Part shown: positions 49,574 to 60,124 of the stretch, in pieces
Position numbering within the stretch: the stretch's first letter is position 1
Layout: every line of letters starts with the position of its first letter
Virus record (IMG/VR): IMGVR_UViG_3300020045_004509
Location: 32,001-96,000 of that record
Length of the DNA: 64,000 nucleotides
From: a virus
Direction: 5' to 3' (one strand)
Program-made: the position numbers and the translations under genes
Notes under the pieces: generated by a model
Database searches by the model: none
Told to the model about the DNA's origin: nothing
The model's input: the letters and a program-made list of their open reading frames with translations, nothing else

Positions 49574-51805
49574 TTACCAGTTGTCATCCCCAAATTCATC
49601 ATGTTCATCAGTTCTTTGTTTTGCATCAGAAATCCGTTCATGAACTTCCTTAACATAATCATTGAAGTGTTCTGTATCATCATATCGGGAAGAATTATTT
49701 TCTGTCTTGTAATTTTCTAATACATCAAGATTCCCAAGATGTTTTTCGGCAACTTCCATTTGGGGATAATTGCGAATAAGTTCATTCCTATGAGTCGATC
49801 CATCTGTTGCATGTTTATCAAGATGATTGTCAATATTTGACACATAACTTTCAATTCTACCATGCAACGCATCTTGAAGATTTCCTTTTTCTTCATCTTC
49901 GTCTGGATCATACAAATCATCTGGATGTTTAGCTTTTTGGGCATCAATATGATCAGTAATCTTTTGGTCAGCATCTTCAACCAATTTTTGATGGGCTTTC
50001 AGATGATCATTGGATGACTTTGCATCTTCAAAGTAAAACTGCTTTCCTGTCTTTGCTAATTCATCATGATCAGATGATGTCATTACTGACGAAATAGCTT
50101 CTGGAATCTTGTTTACTTTATCAAATATAGCATTAGCCCGAATCGGAAATGTTTTTTCGTTCACAAATCGATTCTTCAGTTTTACTTTAGTATCTGTTGA
50201 AATATTTGGATTTTCTGCTAAGTCTACCCCATGATTATGGGAATTAGCAAACTGCGACAAATCATCAAATGATGCAAATTTAGAATTGCGCATTAATTGA
50301 TGGGTATTGCTAAATTTATAGGAATTACTTAAATTATTTACAAATGCATCATGATGTTCTTGGGTAAAGTTTTCGTTCTTAGGAAGAATATTAACCAAAT
50401 CAGAATTTCGCATATTGGTAGTCAACTTATCCAAATTTTCCTTGGAAAAATATCCAGCATGTTCCCTAACGGGATATGCAGACCCTGACATATTGTTGAC
50501 ATAGTTATCAACAACCTTATCATAATGTTTTGGCTTCAACAAAGATCGACGAACATGAATATAATCATCTGGATTTACTTGATCAACCAAAGACTCATGA
50601 AGTTTTGAGTTCATTAGCATTCTTCTTGGGATGCCTTGATTCGATGCAGCAAATGAATTAATGGCATTCGTCGAAAATTTATCCCCATGAAGCATTGCTA
50701 AAGTTCTAACCGCCGCTTTATTTTCATCAGTAATATTATGCCCATCGATCAGTTTATGAAGGGCTGCTACATGTTGAACACTAAGATTACCAACTTGGGC
50801 CATATTGGAAACAAATGTTGGTTTATCTAAAGAATACTGCTTACCATGTAGTATTGCATGATCAATAATTGGTTTATCTAATCCAGTTCCAGTTTTATCA
50901 ACTAATGGTTTATTTCTATTGATTTTATCTTCTACTTGGTCTTTAGACATAGCAGAATATGTTGACCCCATTGTATCATTGTAGATTTTAGAATTCAAAT
51001 GATATGTTGTTCCATCCTTTGCAGGAAAACTATTTGTTAAGAATGTATTGAATACATGGGGGAAAGCGGAGGAACTTGACCCCCATACTTTATCTTCGGC
51101 CCGAACAATCGTATCCGATTCATGATCATCTGGTTCTTCATGCATTGGTTTAGCGGAAATTCGGGCAAGTGGTTTATCAGGTTCTCCCCACTTCATTGCC
51201 CCTTCATCGTCATGATGCACTTCGAAAGCAACAACTGAACCATTTTCAGAATCATCCCTAAGATATCTTCTATGAATTCCACTTTCAAGATTCATGCATG
51301 ATTGGGTTTCCCATGAACAACCCGGAGAAGTTGATGATGCAATTGCGACTGGACTATGGGCAATAAGGGCATATGTTTGCTTTCCTGATAAAGCTTTTGT
51401 TGATGCCCTTGCTGGATCATTGATGAATGTTTTCTTGATGTCATCAGATGCATTCGTTTCATCTAAAACTTTACCAATAGATTTCGAAACAATCTTTTCT
51501 TGGGGGCCATTTTGAGGATGATTAACAATCACTTTCTTTTGGGCGATTCCTTTTTGATAATCAGACACATCCCAATCATGTTTTGTTAGATGTTCAGCAA
51601 CGTCTGAATCCATATCGCCATGACCTTGTTTTGGAATTGGAATAACAGTAAATCCTTTAGCACCGAATGCATGACTGAACTTATCATGGGTTTCTTGGGA
51701 AAGATTAGCATGATGATCCCAATTTTCAGGAATGTGTCTAAGATGATCAGGAATGATTGTTTCTGAAATAGTTTGTTTTAGGCGAAATTCTTTAAAAGTA
51801 AGCAT
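49574..51805 (-). CDS. Large late protein, probable internal head protein (paralogue 2)
   Basis: MLTFKEF...ISE leader resembling T4 capsid-targeting sequences; shared SCM-containing domain. Confidence 0.65.
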   Translation of the reverse strand: MLTFKEFRLKQTISETIIPDHLRHIPENWDHHANLSQETHDKFSHAFGAKGFTVIPIPKQGHGDMDSDVAEHLTKHDWDVSDYQKGIAQKKVIVNHPQNGPQEKIVSKSIGKVLDETNASDDIKKTFINDPARASTKALSGKQTYALIAHSPVAIASSTSPGCSWETQSCMNLESGIHRRYLRDDSENGSVVAFEVHHDDEGAMKWGEPDKPLARISAKPMHEEPDDHESDTIVRAEDKVWGSSSSAFPHVFNTFLTNSFPAKDGTTYHLNSKIYNDTMGSTYSAMSKDQVEDKINRNKPLVDKTGTGLDKPIIDHAILHGKQYSLDKPTFVSNMAQVGNLSVQHVAALHKLIDGHNITDENKAAVRTLAMLHGDKFSTNAINSFAASNQGIPRRMLMNSKLHESLVDQVNPDDYIHVRRSLLKPKHYDKVVDNYVNNMSGSAYPVREHAGYFSKENLDKLTTNMRNSDLVNILPKNENFTQEHHDAFVNNLSNSYKFSNTHQLMRNSKFASFDDLSQFANSHNHGVDLAENPNISTDTKVKLKNRFVNEKTFPIRANAIFDKVNKIPEAISSVMTSSDHDELAKTGKQFYFEDAKSSNDHLKAHQKLVEDADQKITDHIDAQKAKHPDDLYDPDEDEEKGNLQDALHGRIESYVSNIDNHLDKHATDGSTHRNELIRNYPQMEVAEKHLGNLDVLENYKTENNSSRYDDTEHFNDYVKEVHERISDAKQRTDEHDEFGDDNW

Positions 51806-51813
51806 GGAGTTCC

Positions 51814-54219
51814 TTAACCGTTATAATGAGACAATGTGCGTTTGCGAAAGATTGCATTCGATGAAATCTTGGAATTTGGGTGTTTAACAAATGAATCTAA
51901 CAAATCTTCATTCTTTGTTGCAGATGCAACCGAAGCAAGCATATCGGGGGTTCCCCTTTGCAACATTTCAGTTTCTAAATTTGGAATACCAGAATGTCTT
52001 GAATATGCTGCCCCCAATTTATCATCAGGAACCAAGTGAAGTAGATGGGGGGATTTTTCTGCAACATAAGAAATTACCCTTGAATGGAGTATGCCGCTAT
52101 CATTGGTAATATTGATTAGTTTCTTTCCAATTTCATGATCCTTATATTTAGATGCAATGAAGTCCATTGTGTCATCATGCCCTCTTAGATCAATCATTCC
52201 TGTTGATGGATTCTTTTCGTTTAGTTCTTTTGCCTGAAGAATAGATGCTAAATGGGTATCGTCAGAATTTGGATTATGGATAATATTATGAATGATTTCG
52301 TGAGAATAGTTACCAACCAGTTTTCTTACCCCCGGAATGTTCGTCGCTCCTGCCCCCCATGTATTCAAAACCTGATGTAGTTGTTCAGGGGAAGAATTTA
52401 CATTTTTAGAGACACCTTTTGATACAATTGGGGAATCGAATGTTGAATCTAATAATGGTTGAATCTGTTCAGGGGTCTTTGCGTACTGTGCAATTTGGGA
52501 TTTGAAATGGGAAGACTTCATAGGATTGTTATCATCTTTGATGGCAACCTTTCGGAAAATTTCATCCCTTGTATAATCAGACATATTGGGGTTCTTCATT
52601 GCTGCAACAACCCCATGGGAATATTTTAATTCAAATGCTTTACTGACCAAATGATGTATCACATCAGGATCAGGATGATGTTCTAACGCAAATGTGTCTT
52701 GACTTTGATCTTTCCAATATTCGTCATGTTTAGAATCAAAATTTCGAATTTTTGTTGGGCCTTCTTGATATGCGTCATGGTGAAGGGTGTATTCAGCGTC
52801 AGTTGCTGGATAATTTTCTTCACAATGTTTCTGAAGTGTTTCAGTAAAACCAGCCCATTCATTACCATAAATTTGTCCTGTTGGTCTAATGATAGGTTTA
52901 CCCCCTTCATTAGAATAGAACACATTCAATGTCTGTCTTGCAATTTTGTTGTAATGTTCATGAATTTTGTCGGGGTCATTTGTCAGAAATGCGACATGTG
53001 CGCCTGATGCAACAATATGAGGAACCTTTTCTGCTTGGGCTCCCCGTTTTTGATCATTTATTGATTTATTACCTTGTCTATCAGTATATCGGGCAGGCCC
53101 ACCTAATGTTAAGCATGAATCAGAATTTTCATGGGTAGATAATCCAGCAACAACATGGGGATTTCGGGAAATTACAATCTTTGCGCGTTTACTTTCCCCA
53201 TCATCTTTCTGATAAATGCCTTGTCTTGCTGGATCAGTTTCGAATAATGTTTTTACATTAGTAGATGCTTTTGTTAACTCAAGAATCTTACCAATTTTGA
53301 TTTTTCTATTCGGGGTTGATTCATGAGCAGCCAAACCATCAGAATAATTTCCAGCAATATTATAGCCATGAGTATTAAGATGATGAACAACTTCTGAATT
53401 AGGTTTAGCGTTCTTTGGTCGTTCAAGATCGATTACGATGGTATCATTAGGCATCTTATCCTTAGAAACCCGTTCAGCAGCAGTTAGCCCCCCATATTTG
53501 GTTGAATTTGATGCTTTAGTTGCCATTGCTTTGTGAGCAGGGTCTTGAATCGCTTCAATAAGATTATCGGATTTTTTGGAATATCCTGAACCAATTGCAG
53601 ATTTGATTTGGTTAGGATGAAACACATTTGCAATAATATGATCATCGTATTTTACAATCACCCCATCATGACCAGTGATTTTTGTAAAATTTTCTAAAAA
53701 TTCTTTATGATTATCCCCATAGAAATCTCTATGAATTGTTCCCATTGCCTGAAATTTGGAACGATCTTTATATGCATCAACCGCCTGATTCAATACTTTA
53801 TGATATCCCTCATAAGATACATCCCCAAAATTTTCCAAGGATTCTTTATGATTTGGAGCAGACGTAATCAGTTTTTGAATATGAAGTCTTGATAATGGTT
53901 TCTCATCTTCATTATAGATGATGGGCTTTTCCATTCTAATGTGAACAGGAATTACATTCGATGAGTTTCCCCCATATGCATAACTTGATGCTATTTCTGG
54001 TTTATTGCTAAAATAGAACCCAGCCCCATATGAATCAGCCCCTTTACCAACAAACGCATGATCAAACTTTTCTATATCAGAACTAGTACCATGATAAAAC
54101 GTATGGGGAATACCGTTTGTATGAAGAACAGATTTACCAAACCAAGACTTAAAATCATCTTGTTTTGATTCTGGGATACTGATTACATGTCGAATGGCTT
54201 CGTATAAAGATTGTTTCAT
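51814..54219 (-). CDS. ADP-ribosyltransferase-like domain fused to the paralogous SC domain; probable internal head protein
   Basis: FKSWFGKS, YHGT, GAGFYFS...ASSYA, GHDGVIV, VFHPNQIKS (ART of polyvalent proteins); CTAAATA 54247-54253. Confidence 0.75.
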   Translation of the reverse strand: MKQSLYEAIRHVISIPESKQDDFKSWFGKSVLHTNGIPHTFYHGTSSDIEKFDHAFVGKGADSYGAGFYFSNKPEIASSYAYGGNSSNVIPVHIRMEKPIIYNEDEKPLSRLHIQKLITSAPNHKESLENFGDVSYEGYHKVLNQAVDAYKDRSKFQAMGTIHRDFYGDNHKEFLENFTKITGHDGVIVKYDDHIIANVFHPNQIKSAIGSGYSKKSDNLIEAIQDPAHKAMATKASNSTKYGGLTAAERVSKDKMPNDTIVIDLERPKNAKPNSEVVHHLNTHGYNIAGNYSDGLAAHESTPNRKIKIGKILELTKASTNVKTLFETDPARQGIYQKDDGESKRAKIVISRNPHVVAGLSTHENSDSCLTLGGPARYTDRQGNKSINDQKRGAQAEKVPHIVASGAHVAFLTNDPDKIHEHYNKIARQTLNVFYSNEGGKPIIRPTGQIYGNEWAGFTETLQKHCEENYPATDAEYTLHHDAYQEGPTKIRNFDSKHDEYWKDQSQDTFALEHHPDPDVIHHLVSKAFELKYSHGVVAAMKNPNMSDYTRDEIFRKVAIKDDNNPMKSSHFKSQIAQYAKTPEQIQPLLDSTFDSPIVSKGVSKNVNSSPEQLHQVLNTWGAGATNIPGVRKLVGNYSHEIIHNIIHNPNSDDTHLASILQAKELNEKNPSTGMIDLRGHDDTMDFIASKYKDHEIGKKLINITNDSGILHSRVISYVAEKSPHLLHLVPDDKLGAAYSRHSGIPNLETEMLQRGTPDMLASVASATKNEDLLDSFVKHPNSKISSNAIFRKRTLSHYNG

Positions 54220-54260
54220 GAAGATAATTTAGAATTAGTTATCCTCTATTTAGAAAGATT

Positions 54261-54530
54261 TCAATTTCGTGCTTTGGCTAACTTATCAATCGTGTCAGAA
54301 ATTTGATCTTGCAAATCTGCTTCAAGTTCATCGAATAGATATTGAACAGTGTCGCCATTTTCATTGACCCCTTCAATAAGATTGAATTCAGTGTCAACAT
54401 CGAACCAACCATTGCAATCTTGATCAGAATCAATGCAATCAGGATTTGGTTCTTGACAGTCAACAACAATAGTCGCATCAACGTAAAATTCGGAACCGGA
54501 TTTGTCAGTAATAAAGAAATTAATGTTCAT
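54261..54530 (-). CDS. Acidic hypothetical protein
   Basis: Very D/E-rich 89 aa; early promoter at 54557. Confidence 0.6.
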   Translation of the reverse strand: MNINFFITDKSGSEFYVDATIVVDCQEPNPDCIDSDQDCNGWFDVDTEFNLIEGVNENGDTVQYLFDELEADLQDQISDTIDKLAKARN

Positions 54531-54557
54531 TTTTAAGCCTTTGTTTAAGATGATGAA

Positions 54558-55433
54558 TTATAACCCACTTCGTTCGCGTTTCTTTCTTGCATCAGTATAT
54601 TGTTTGGCTAAATTGCTACTGTATCCATAATCCAACATAACAAGATGTCGTTTACCAGATACTGGATGGGTATATACCCCACAATTACGTTTTGCAAAAT
54701 CGCAGGGATGTAATCCTGAATCGTGCATGAAATTTATTGCATCAGATACCCATGGATGTTTACTAACCTTATCCATGCGTTCATCAGTCGAACCATTATA
54801 TGGTTGTCCCATTGAATAAGAATGTTCCCGATTCAGGGTATGAAAAATATCATCAAATGTAATCCCATGGGGAAAATCAGGGGTTCTTGTTAGTTGAATC
54901 ATATCCCCCTTACCGATTGGGGCAGCTTTCCCCATTTCGATGTGATGTCCTTCTGGATGAGAACTAAAAACAGGGGGAATGATACCCCCCGATTGGGAAT
55001 CGTTAGTTTTGAAAGTTCCATCATCTTTCTTAGCAAGAACCGAATAATTATTTGTTAGATGGGGGTCAGCTTCTAATTGATTCTGTTGAATCCCAAACAT
55101 AGTATTCTTGTGATGATGATCAAGGATGCCTTTAAACGCGATTTTAACAGCCGTTTGGGAAGTTGTGGGGTTACCATCAACCACTACTTGTTTTGCTTCC
55201 TTGGGGAAGAATACAGCCCTGCTTGACCCCATTTTAGGGGTACTATTTTCTAATCCGGTATCAACCCCTGCTGAAGCAAGTTCCCTAACCTTTTTTGATA
55301 CAACATCAAGTTTATTTTCTTGTTGAATTGAATCAGAATCAAGAATATTTTGAATTTCTGGATGTAATTCTTCAACCAAAAGTTGCTTGGTTGAATACAT
55401 TTGGGAATAGGCTTCAGTAATGGTGTTTTGCAT
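54558..55433 (-). CDS. Protein kinase-like late protein
   Basis: GSSRAVF loop, VKIA, QNQLE, HPCDFAKRNCG catalytic loop, LDYG; CTAAATA 55450-55456; leader ITEAY...LLVEE. Confidence 0.7.
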   Translation of the reverse strand: MQNTITEAYSQMYSTKQLLVEELHPEIQNILDSDSIQQENKLDVVSKKVRELASAGVDTGLENSTPKMGSSRAVFFPKEAKQVVVDGNPTTSQTAVKIAFKGILDHHHKNTMFGIQQNQLEADPHLTNNYSVLAKKDDGTFKTNDSQSGGIIPPVFSSHPEGHHIEMGKAAPIGKGDMIQLTRTPDFPHGITFDDIFHTLNREHSYSMGQPYNGSTDERMDKVSKHPWVSDAINFMHDSGLHPCDFAKRNCGVYTHPVSGKRHLVMLDYGYSSNLAKQYTDARKKRERSGL

Positions 55434-55452
55434 AGATTTTCCTTTAGAATAT

Positions 55453-55656
55453 TTAGCATTCCACTTTATCTAAAGGAAATACATACCCACAATGTTCGCA
55501 AGTAACTTCAAGCCCTTCTAATATATCCCATTGATTGGTGAAAATACAATGTGCTATGTGATCTTCGGGGTTATGAAATGTATCATACAAATCATTATCT
55601 TCATTACACTTTGGACATTCAATATCCAATGACCATGAAAGGGTTGCTACATTCAC
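55453..55656 (-). CDS. Small zinc-ribbon protein
   Basis: CPKC...CEHC; likely GTG start overlapping the Rnl2 stop. Confidence 0.55.
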   Translation of the reverse strand: MNVATLSWSLDIECPKCNEDNDLYDTFHNPEDHIAHCIFTNQWDILEGLEVTCEHCGYVFPLDKVEC

Positions 55657-56684
55657 AACTGTTCCATCCAGAATTGACGCGCAACAGATGCAATTTTTGA
55701 AGAAACATCTTTTGTACAAAGACCAGATTGAACCATCATATTAGATTCTTCTTTTATTGCATCACCAACAATAAATTTGATAAATTCGCCAGTATTCTTT
55801 GATTCAATTTCCAATCCTCGCTGTTTCAGAACATCAATCCCTTGTTCCAGACGATTCTTAGTACAAACAGCATCAACAAATTCTTGAACTGAATTCATCT
55901 TTTCTTCATCAACAGGAACCAATGTTTTTACTTTGGAAACGGAATGTTTCGCGCCTTTTGACTTATACATCAACCCATCAATATTGATTTCTGGAACATC
56001 ACAAGAAACTGCCTTAAAAACGATTCCCTCCCCGATTAGTTCTTTATCAAAATCTTTTCCAAGAATTGTTCGGGCAACTGGACAATCCCGTTCAACTTCA
56101 TTGGTCAAGTCAATCAGGATATTCTGAACAGATTCAGGATTAGAAAATGGAATAGAAACAAAGAATGTTGGAAATTCATAAACATGACGAATTTCGTTTG
56201 TGGTGAATCCAGCCATAACATCAATGATTTGTTCAGTAGTAAACCATTTCTGACTTTCGGCATCTTCGGAAATACGAATAGCAAACACATTGAACATCTT
56301 AGGAAGATAGTTTAATCCAACCCCCTTCTGGATATTTGAACCCATCCATTCACCGTATACCTGAATACTACCAATAGCATCTGGATATTTTTTAGCGATA
56401 GAATCAAACAAAGCGTTAAAGTGTTCCTTGTTACGCTCTCCAAAAGCACAGAACCCAGCATTGTCTGATAGAAGATCAAGAATTCGTTCACGGGATTGGA
56501 AATAGATGTCATCGTTTGACCCATTCATGGGTCTAACAGTTGCCCCATTGCTGCCATGACACTTGATCCCGCCTTGAAACAAAATAGTAGGTAAAGCAAC
56601 TTGATGATACTTTGCATTGTCCCGAACTTGTCGAACAACATCTTTGAATTGACCAATAGAAGGGAAGGCAATGTGTTTTTTCAT
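55653..56684 (-). CDS. RNA ligase 2 (Rnl2 family)
   Basis: KCHGSN motif I, QSR, VYGEW, GEGIV, KSKG. Confidence 0.8.
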   Translation of the reverse strand: MKKHIAFPSIGQFKDVVRQVRDNAKYHQVALPTILFQGGIKCHGSNGATVRPMNGSNDDIYFQSRERILDLLSDNAGFCAFGERNKEHFNALFDSIAKKYPDAIGSIQVYGEWMGSNIQKGVGLNYLPKMFNVFAIRISEDAESQKWFTTEQIIDVMAGFTTNEIRHVYEFPTFFVSIPFSNPESVQNILIDLTNEVERDCPVARTILGKDFDKELIGEGIVFKAVSCDVPEINIDGLMYKSKGAKHSVSKVKTLVPVDEEKMNSVQEFVDAVCTKNRLEQGIDVLKQRGLEIESKNTGEFIKFIVGDAIKEESNMMVQSGLCTKDVSSKIASVARQFWMEQL

Positions 56685-56690
56685 AATATT

Positions 56691-57347
56691 TTAACAGTCT
56701 AAAGAAGGGGTGATAAATTTTTCAATACGTTCACCTGAATTATACATGACTTTATCGGCTTTTGGATATGGTTCAACAGAATATTTCAACTTAGAAAGCA
56801 TTTCTTTCTTTTGATACTTATTACCATTCAGATAGAAGTACCGATGTTTCTGTTGGGGTTTGATCATTTCTATCCCATTTTCCCTTGCCCATTTAACAGG
56901 ACTTGATACTCCCTTATCCCGCAAGGTCATTTGGTGCGTGCGTACCCCATCAACAACATATGTCTTATCATGGGACACGGTTGCCCCCGTATATAACCAA
57001 TTTGTTGCTTGATATACAATGCCAACATGACCCATTTCAGTATCAGCATATGAAACTACAGCAGAAGGACTTTCAAGCATCTTCAAAGAATTCGCTATCA
57101 AAAACGAAGCAGCATTCTTTTGTTCAGTCTGAATCACCAATCTTGATAGTTCAAACATTCGGAATTTTCTATCTTCAAATGCATAAGATTGAATAGCGGG
57201 GGAAGGTTGACCATATACAACAATCCCTTCAATCTTAGAATCAATAACTAAAGCAAACCCATTCCAAAATATAGATGGTCTATGGGAATAATGTTTCTTA
57301 GTTACGAACTCATCACAGATTGATTTTTCAATTGGGATAACTTTCAT
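56691..57347 (-). CDS. Mom-like DNA adenine modification enzyme (GNAT fold)
   Basis: HYS, VVYGQP, ELSRL, NAASFLIA.SLK, VVSYAD...GHVGIVYQATNWLYTG, KHRY. Confidence 0.8.
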   Translation of the reverse strand: MKVIPIEKSICDEFVTKKHYSHRPSIFWNGFALVIDSKIEGIVVYGQPSPAIQSYAFEDRKFRMFELSRLVIQTEQKNAASFLIANSLKMLESPSAVVSYADTEMGHVGIVYQATNWLYTGATVSHDKTYVVDGVRTHQMTLRDKGVSSPVKWARENGIEMIKPQQKHRYFYLNGNKYQKKEMLSKLKYSVEPYPKADKVMYNSGERIEKFITPSLDC

Positions 57348-58438
57348 TTACTAATGATAGTAAAAAATTCTGGAAACGTCAAACCTGAAACGTCATATTT
57401 TGTTTCTTTATCCGTCCAGAATTCCCTTGGTTCTTGCCCAAAGTCGGTTTCCCACATCCACCACTCAACCCATTCAAATGTATCCTTCCCTAAGATATTT
57501 TCAACAAGTTTTGTGTACGAATCTTGAATTGGGGTTGCTAATCCAAAAATCATTGATTCGGAACACAAAGAACGGAATGCATCACTGATATGTTGTTCTT
57601 TTTCTTGCTGAACAAACATAGCGGTTACAAAGGCATGGGCGATGTCAAGGTTAGTCATTTTTTGGAAGGGTAATAGTGTTCAGAAACAATTGAGATAACA
57701 TCAGAAAGGAACATATCAGCCATCAAACCAGAAAATGCAAATGCATAGTTCGACTTAGAAAGATTGATACCTTCAGCAAGCAATTTCTTAGCTTCAACCA
57801 AAGCTTCAGGACGAAGAACATACACACAAGCAGGGCAGTTATATTCATGTTTTGCATCAATGAACTGCTTTGCCAATTTTGCGGATATGTCCCGGCGAAT
57901 CTTAGCTTTGTTTACTTTCTTTGTTGTCATGATAAAGTTCCTTTGAAGTTTGGATAGATGTATTATACATCAAAATCAACCATAAAGGATATGTTGCAAG
58001 ACAAATTCTGAAACTTTTTCAGGAGCAGTTTCAATAAGTTTTTCGGGAACTTGAAAGTTCATAGATGCATTTGGCGATTTCCACCAAGCATCTACCATGT
58101 TTTGACTACCCAAAAGGGATAGCAAAACTTCATTCAGTTTTTGACGGTTCATTTGGGGTTTCATTGGATTCTTCCTTTGTTTCAATAGGTTGTTGGACCA
58201 GAACATTACCTTCTGATACATCATAGATAGCATCTGAAGTAGGTTGCATCTTAGGATGTTCAATGTATTCATCAAGAACAAATAATTGCTTTGCATGATT
58301 GATCGGAAGTCCATTTTGGGTACAAATCTGTTGGGCCGCTAAACGATTCTTAGTGATATTTGCAATATTACCAGATTTATCGATGATTGCGTAGAATGAA
58401 GTTGGTTGATAAAGCATGTTATTTATTTTTAGTTCCAA
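57344..58438 (-). CDS. Small hypothetical proteins (57344-57658, 57655-57930, 57976 onward, 58130 onward)
   Basis: Coupled ORFs; exact starts uncertain. Confidence 0.55.
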
Positions 58439-58583
58439 CTTGGAAAGAGAGCCACATTAGTTCAGTAATCCTATCGAAGTAAACATATACTTTATTGTTT
58501 GATAGGAATTTGTGAATGTTTATGTTATTACTTAAGCAGAAGGATTCGAAATTTTTACGTTCTGGATTCATGAATAGCGAATG

Positions 58584-59741
58584 TTAGTCTTTTAAAAATA
58601 ACCGAAGTTTAGAATTGATGTCCATTTCTTCAAACACATGCTTCGGTTCTTGTTTCAATTTCCTTGCAGTAAAGATGATGCCATAACCCGGAAACTGTTT
58701 CAGGGACATAGCAAATTCTTTCTGAGATTCAATATGGCGCAATTCATTGTACTTAGCAACCATGTTATGAACAAAATCTTCCACTTCAGTTTGAACAGTT
58801 TGAACAAGTTCTTTAAACTCAGAAAAATATACCAAAAATTCATCGGCATCCCCTGAAAGAACAAGTTTCAATAGATTCTTTCTGCTTGGTACTGGATCAT
58901 TACCCCGAATAGAATGTGCTATCAAATATGTAGCTGATTTGATCTTCATCCGTTTACCAGAAGTTGGATCAAACACGACAAACCCTTCCTGAAGATCAGT
59001 TAGTTCATTTGCATCTTTAATCAGTTGATCGAATGTTTCTTTGATTGGAAATGTTTGAACAGGAATCACATTGAATCCATAATCAACCAACAAACCAGTT
59101 TCTTCTTGAATATCCAAACCAAAATCATGTTTAGATGTAACCGCAAGCAGAACAAGACAAGCTGTATCGTATCGAGTGACTATTTTGTTAAACGGTGATA
59201 TGTACTCCGCTACCAAAGTAAATACTTTGAACCCATGCCACACTTCGTTAGCATAAGTATTCATCTTGTTCTGAAAGTCTTCTTCAGACGAACAACCAAA
59301 TGCTTCACGAATATGATCCCGAAAAGTCCCCCCCATTTGATGTGGTCCTTCTGCTTTAGCCATACCCCGCGTAGAAATTTCCCAACGATTCGTATGAGGG
59401 TTATGGTATAACCCTACTAAACTTCCATCATACTTCATCATCACAACAGAATCTTTCAGAGAAAAATCTGCATAATATTCAGGAACTTCCCCACAATTAA
59501 AAAATCTCAAAAACTTCTTTGACAACAGATTAAATTTATCCAAGGTAAGAATCAAAGAACGGGATTCAATCACCATTGGATGACTTTTTGGGGAATCAAT
59601 CATGGAATAGTCAAACAAGACCATGTTATCTTCTGGATACACTTTCGAAGTGATACCAAGATCAAGTTCAAGTTTTGCAAGAATTTCTTCCGTAGAAATC
59701 CCTTTTGCTTGTTCTTCTTTAAGATATTTAATAATTTGCAT
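58584..59741 (-). CDS. rnlA: RNA ligase 1 (T4 RnlA-like)
   Basis: ESRSLIL, RFFNCGE, KYDGSL motif I, EYISPFNKIV, EGFVV, KIKSATY. Confidence 0.88.
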   Translation of the reverse strand: MQIIKYLKEEQAKGISTEEILAKLELDLGITSKVYPEDNMVLFDYSMIDSPKSHPMVIESRSLILTLDKFNLLSKKFLRFFNCGEVPEYYADFSLKDSVVMMKYDGSLVGLYHNPHTNRWEISTRGMAKAEGPHQMGGTFRDHIREAFGCSSEEDFQNKMNTYANEVWHGFKVFTLVAEYISPFNKIVTRYDTACLVLLAVTSKHDFGLDIQEETGLLVDYGFNVIPVQTFPIKETFDQLIKDANELTDLQEGFVVFDPTSGKRMKIKSATYLIAHSIRGNDPVPSRKNLLKLVLSGDADEFLVYFSEFKELVQTVQTEVEDFVHNMVAKYNELRHIESQKEFAMSLKQFPGYGIIFTARKLKQEPKHVFEEMDINSKLRLFLKD

Positions 59742-59896
59742 AGTTATTTCCAAACAGCGTTGATGAAAAGGACAATCACGGTAACAAGAACAATGTCAGC
59801 CGTAATAGTCAAAGCTGCCAAGTGGGGATTAGATTTGATTCGGTTGATGATGACGTTCATTTTATATTTCCTTTGAGATTTGGTGAATGAATTATA

Positions 59897-60124
59897 TCAG
59901 ATTTTTGGACACCAATCTGGTGTTTCTGATTCTTTTCTTTTGTTATATGGACGACATGAAATAGTTACACATTTGAATTCTTGAGCATCAGAATAATATT
60001 TGGGAAAGTTATCTGGCGTCTGGGTCATTAATGTACAAATAACGGCAACATCATCCGAACAAAAACTATCATATGGATCAGGATCAGCAATTACTTTATG
60101 AGATGGGCAATCAAGACAATTCAT
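59897..60124 (-). CDS. Small Cys-rich protein
   Basis: CLDCP...TPDWCP. Confidence 0.6.
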   Translation of the reverse strand: MNCLDCPSHKVIADPDPYDSFCSDDVAVICTLMTQTPDNFPKYYSDAQEFKCVTISCRPYNKRKESETPDWCPKI

